From an uncultured Spirochaetota bacterium (lineage in GTDB: Bacteria; Spirochaetota; Brevinematia; Brevinematales; JAOACQ01), in the NCBI GenBank assembly GCA_963835575.1, contig CAWIGG010000002.1, forward strand, positions 1,024,001 through 1,088,000: a stretch of DNA of 64,000 nt. Reading direction: 5' to 3'. Below are positions 59,426 through 64,000 of this stretch, piece after piece. Made by a program: the position numbers and the translations under genes. The first letter of the stretch is position 1. Each line of letters begins with the position of its first letter. The notes under the pieces were generated by a model that saw nothing but the letters and a program-made list of their open reading frames with translations, was not told the DNA's origin and did not search any database.

Positions 59426-59890
59426 TCACCCTATAATATCGGGATTGATGAACCAGAGTATGCGCCATTGACCGGCCGCGTCCCTTTCAAGGCAGAGAAC
59501 GCCGCCGTCCGGGATGGTGAGGATTTCCGCCTCTTCATCCCCCGTCAGGAGTTTTGCCGCCAGTTTGTCCAGATGGGGCAGGTGCCCGACGATCATGGTG
59601 TCGTTATTCATCCCGGTCATTATTTCGGCCCATTGGGTCACACCATCGTTCGGCTTCAGGCCTTCCCGCTCCTCCGGCCCGTACGCCGACCGGATCTTCC
59701 CGGCGATGATTCCGGCGGTCAGCCTTGCCCGCGTCTTGACGCTGTGGTAAAGCGCATTGACCGTTATCCCGTTCTTTTTTAGAAAAGAGGCCGTTCTTTT
59801 CACCCTGCTTTTACCGTTTTCGCTGAGGACGCGATCGGCATCATCCTCCGCGTTCACCGCCGCACCGTGGCGGACAAGATATAATTTCAT
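59426..59890 (-). CDS. sixA: Phosphohistidine phosphatase
   Basis: LYLVRHG, DRVLS..G, RARLTA, VGHLP. Confidence 0.9.
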   Translation of the reverse strand: MKLYLVRHGAAVNAEDDADRVLSENGKSRVKRTASFLKKNGITVNALYHSVKTRARLTAGIIAGKIRSAYGPEEREGLKPNDGVTQWAEIMTGMNNDTMIVGHLPHLDKLAAKLLTGDEEAEILTIPDGGVLCLERDAAGQWRILWFINPDIIG

Positions 59891-60758
59891 ATTATCCCCC
59901 GCAGTTTTTCTTTCTAATTATACTGAAAAGAGATGATTTAAACAAATTATCCGGGACAAATGTCTAATGCATAATTCCTTTGATGATAAAGAAATGGTAT
60001 TGACATTTTATTTATATCCGGTATATAATAACCGGAATACCGGACCAGGGAGAATTTTATGCCTCAAAACACCATTCCTCAGCTTTTTGAAGAAAGCGCC
60101 GGGCAGTTTCCTTATAATGTTATGATCTGGGAAAAGAAGGGAGACACCTATAAAGGCATTACTTATAAAGAAATGCGGGAAAAAGTCTATGAATACGCCG
60201 CCGGTCTGATGGCCCTGGGCCTCAAAAAAGGGGACAGAGCCGGCTTGATTTCTGAAGGGCGCAATGATTGGGTGATGAGCGAACTGGCAATTCTTTATAC
60301 GGGAGCTGTCAACGTTCCGCTTTCCGTCAAGATCGAAGAATTGAGCGATCTGCAATTCCGTCTGGCCCATTCCGGGTGCAGGATGGCTATTGTTTCCGCC
60401 AATCAGCTGAAAAAGATCAGGCAGATAAAGAAAAACCTTCCCGATTTGAAAACCATCCTTATATTGGATAAAGTTGAGAAGAAACGGCCGGATGAATTAC
60501 TTCTTTCAGATGTCATGGAAAAAGGCAGAGCTTTTCTAAATAAAAAGCCGAATGAATTCAATGCCGTTTGGCAGTCAATCAAAGAAGATGATTACGCAAA
60601 TATATGCTATACGTCGGGAACTACGGCAGACCCCAAGGGCATTATCCTGACACACCGGAATTACACAGCCAATATTGAGCAGTCTTCAGATATCGTCGGC
60701 GTGGAGGAAAGTGACCTTGTGCTCCTCATACTTCCCTGGGACCATGCTTTTGCCCATA

Positions 60759-62433
60759 TTGCCTGTCGGTTTTTATAACATGCTTCATGGACATACGGCA
60801 GGGTTCCCGTTAAAATAAAACGGGAGAAAAAGATGGCAAGATTTGAAAAGAACAGCCTGGAGCAGGGTGAGTTCCTCGCGATCAATATAGGCGAGCAGTT
60901 TGATGAGAATTCCAGAGAATTTATACTAAAAGAATTCATCAAAAACCGTATTAAACTGGAGGATTTCGCGGCTTACTATAAGAACGACCATAGAGGCAGA
61001 GAGATTAAAAATCCTCGGGATGTGATCTGTGCGGTACTCTACGGTTACATTACGGGAAATCGTATCAGCCGAAAGATAGAAGATTTGCTGAAAAAACACA
61101 TTGGGTTTATGTATGTTTCAAACCGGCTGAAAATTGACCATTCGGTAATTTGCGAGTTCAAGGTACTTTTTCAGGAAAAGATCGAGGAGTTGTTCAGCCA
61201 GCTTTTATATATACTCAACGAAATGGGGTCTATAGATTGGGACATGGTAGTGGGTGACGGCACAAAGATCAAGGCCTACGCGAGTAAGAATAAGAATGTG
61301 GGAAAGAAACATACCCGGAAGCTGATGGACACTTACCAGAAGATGGCGGAAAAGATTGTGAAACAAGACCTGGAACTGGAAGAATCTTACCGGGAAGGCA
61401 AGCTGGAGCAGCCTTATTACGAAGCGGAGAAGAAGCGGGTATCAAGGCGGAAAAAGATTTACGATAGTGTTTTGAACCAAATCGATGAATACAAAAAACA
61501 GGTAGAGAGAGGGGAAAAGACAGACGAAGAATTCACCAACCTGACTGATCCCGAAAGCAAGCTGATGTCTGGAAATCCGCATAGTGTGTTTATACAGGGA
61601 TATAATTCGGCGATGATGGTCAGTAATAATGATGTGATTATAGATTTTGAAGCAATCACAACACCGGAAAAACAGCATACGGAAGAAATGGTAAAGAGGG
61701 TGGAACAGAAAAAAGCGGAATTAAAAGTTGATAAGGCTAGCAAATACCTTTTTGATTCGGGTTTTCAGGACATGGAAGAGACAATCCGGATGGTGGAGGA
61801 AGGAAAAGACCTTTATGTGGATACGAAAGAGCGGGATTTCAGTGATAAATCACAGAAGCGAAGAGACTTTAAACTGGAAAAGATTGATGACGAATATATC
61901 CTGGGATGCCGGGGCGGCCGTAAGGAAAATGGGTATTTAGATCGAAATAACCAAAGATATACATTTTTGTATTCACGGAAGGGCTGTGAAAGATGTCCAT
62001 TTTTCAGTGAGTGTTATAAAAACATCAAACCGAAAACACAGCAAAAGACAGTAATTTTCAGTGAGTTTGAATTGAATAATCGGTCTAAGATTGATGCTTA
62101 TTTAACAAAACTTTACAGCGAAGAAGGGCAAAAGATATACAACCGCAGGATAGGTAAAGAACACGTATTTTCAAACATCAAAACACAGAAGGGTTATGTT
62201 CAGACAGTTTACAGAGGTCAACGGAAAGTGAATTTGGAGCTATGCTGGGTATCCCTTGCGCATAATTTTATGAAATATGCCCAATATTTGAGAAAATAGA
62301 GAGGATTTTGTATAGTCTGAGTATCGATTATTCGAAATTTATTATTAAAATCAGCTAAGCTGACAAAATTTTTATTTGCCCGCTTATTGTAAGGGGCTGG
62401 TTTGACTCCGAAAATGAAATAACCGACAGGCAA
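60759..62433 (+). mobile_element. IS1182-like insertion sequence
   Basis: 13-bp IRs TTGCCTGTCGGTT and AACCGACAGGCAA; CATA target duplication at 60755-60758 and 62434-62437. Confidence 0.92.
60833..62299 (+). CDS. IS1182-like transposase
   Basis: SRKIE, DHSVI, DGTKIKAYAS, TDPES, GYN, DSGF, CxxCP, EHVFSNIK. Confidence 0.88.
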   Translation: MARFEKNSLEQGEFLAINIGEQFDENSREFILKEFIKNRIKLEDFAAYYKNDHRGREIKNPRDVICAVLYGYITGNRISRKIEDLLKKHIGFMYVSNRLKIDHSVICEFKVLFQEKIEELFSQLLYILNEMGSIDWDMVVGDGTKIKAYASKNKNVGKKHTRKLMDTYQKMAEKIVKQDLELEESYREGKLEQPYYEAEKKRVSRRKKIYDSVLNQIDEYKKQVERGEKTDEEFTNLTDPESKLMSGNPHSVFIQGYNSAMMVSNNDVIIDFEAITTPEKQHTEEMVKRVEQKKAELKVDKASKYLFDSGFQDMEETIRMVEEGKDLYVDTKERDFSDKSQKRRDFKLEKIDDEYILGCRGGRKENGYLDRNNQRYTFLYSRKGCERCPFFSECYKNIKPKTQQKTVIFSEFELNNRSKIDAYLTKLYSEEGQKIYNRRIGKEHVFSNIKTQKGYVQTVYRGQRKVNLELCWVSLAHNFMKYAQYLRK

Positions 62434-63816
62434 CATACCTGCGGCATTTATACTATAATTAAAAACGGAGCGGGCCTCGCGTCCGTACAACTTGGTAAAA
62501 CGTCTCTGGAAACGGTCAAGAATGTTCCCGTTAATATTAAGGAAATCAAGCCCACGATCCTTCTCAGCGTTCCGGCCCTTGCCAGGAACTTCAGGAAGAA
62601 TATAGAGAAGGCCATTCATGAAAAAGGAGTTGTTATTGAATGGCTTTTTCATACAGCTCTTGGAATTGCATACAGATATAACGCGGAAGGCTGGAACAGG
62701 GGAAAAGGCTTAAGAAAATTATTTAAGCCATTAAACGGCCTCTTTGATAAAATCCTGTTCAATAAAATAAGGGAAAACTTCGGGGGCCGGCTTAAATTCT
62801 TCATAGGCGGAGGGGCGCTATTGGATATTGAGCTCCAGAGGTTTTTTTACGCTGTCAGGATGCCAATGTACCAGGGATACGGCCTCACGGAAGCAGCCCC
62901 GGTGATTTCAGCTAATGTGGGAAGAAAGCATAAGCTGGGCTCATCCGGCTCCATTGTCAAAGACCTGTATGTGAAGATCTGCGATGAAAACGGTAAAATC
63001 CTGCCTGCCGGGGAAAAAGGCGAGATAGTTGTGAAGGGCAAAAATGTCATGGCCGGCTATTGGAAAAACGACAGGGCGACAAAAGAAACTTTAAAAAACG
63101 GCTGGCTTTATACCGGCGACCTCGGTTATCTGGATAAAGACGGCTTTCTCTATGTCCTCGGCCGTTTCAAAAGCCTTCTTATCGCGAGCGACGGTGAAAA
63201 ATACAGCCCGGAGGGGATTGAGGAAACAATTGCGGATAATTCCCCCTATATCGACCAGGTCATGCTTTATAATAATCAAAGTCCATATACAACCGCTCTT
63301 GTAGTTCCAAATAAGGAAGCTCTTCTCGGCTGGCTGAAAAGCCATGATTTATCCTGCAAAACCCGGGAAGGCTGTGAAAAAGCGCTGAGGCTGATTCAAT
63401 CCGAGATTAATAAGTTCCGGGAAAATCCGCATTTCAGGTCGCTTTTCCCTCAGAGATGGCTTCCTTCAGCGGTTGCCGTACTGGACGAGCCTTTTACAGA
63501 GCAAAACCAGATGCTCAATTCCACATTGAAAATGGTCCGCAGTAAAATAGCCGAATTTTATAAGGAAAGAATTGATTATTTATACACGCCGGAAGCTAAA
63601 GACATAATGAATAGTCGGAACAGTGCCGTCATCAGCAGGCTTGAAGATTAAAAATACGATTGAGATTAATAAAAATAATTAAAATCAAGGATAATCCTGG
63701 TATTTCACGCAAAGTCGCAAAGTCCGCAAAAAATTTTTATTTTTACTAACAACGCGATCAAACTAAAAAACTTATTTTCTTCTTTTTCTTTATAACACCT
63801 CTGTATTGAAATAAAC

Positions 63817-63985
63817 ACTTTTACTAAACAGCTATCTTGATGAATAACTAAATCCTCAAAAACTTGTGGTAAGCTTGCCGAATCCATCCGTCGTCATCCG
63901 TGAAAATCCGTGTTAACAATCGGATATTATAAAAAAGAATCCTTTTATTAAATTCTTAATCGTATAAAATCTTCAGTACTAAAAC
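63817..63985 (+). repeat. Dispersed composite repeat, longest copy
   Basis: Matches 13511-13620 directly and 56668-56807 inverted. Confidence 0.85.
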
Positions 63986-64000
63986 TTTTTATTCCCCGTC

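Larger units (their letters stand above)
60059..63651 (+). pseudogene. fadD: Long-chain fatty-acid--CoA ligase interrupted by an IS
   Basis: YTSGTTADPKG before the IS; QGYGLTE, TGDLG, GRFK after it; removing the IS and one CATA restores an open 637-aa frame. Confidence 0.92.

Noticed and set aside
62821..63651. Independent 276-aa gene
   Set aside because: It is the in-frame 3' part of the IS-interrupted acyl-CoA ligase

Overview
A 64-kb bacterial chromosomal segment, probably from an anaerobic spirochaete-like organism (taxonomy is an inference from protein style only). Housekeeping and metabolic genes include an SDR, GDSL and GH3 hydrolases, a Gfo/Idh/MocA oxidoreductase, galU, glgB, queE, hslUV, an aminotransferase, a CCA-adding enzyme, a PHP phosphatase and sixA. 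An energy-conservation island pairs a divergent-clade membrane pyrophosphatase with a divergently transcribed 12-gene group 4 [NiFe]-hydrogenase operon led by a candidate Na+ (DUF1646-type) riboswitch. Mobile DNA includes IS110, IS21, IS5, an IS1182-like element inside a fatty-acid CoA ligase gene, an IS3 remnant, a MITE and many palindromic or short-period repeats. The strongest candidates for new biology are: (1) a tandem pair of CHASE2 class III adenylate cyclases with reciprocally degenerate active sites, predicting an obligate C1/C2-type heterodimer; (2) an IS110 with non-canonical catalytic motifs whose upstream non-coding end folds like a bridge RNA carrying segments matching its own donor end and a dispersed genomic repeat; (3) a direct-repeat-flanked DUF3800 cassette with a structured leader RNA. 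I found no rRNA, tRNA or CRISPR array by eye. All calls come from reading motifs manually; no searches were run.
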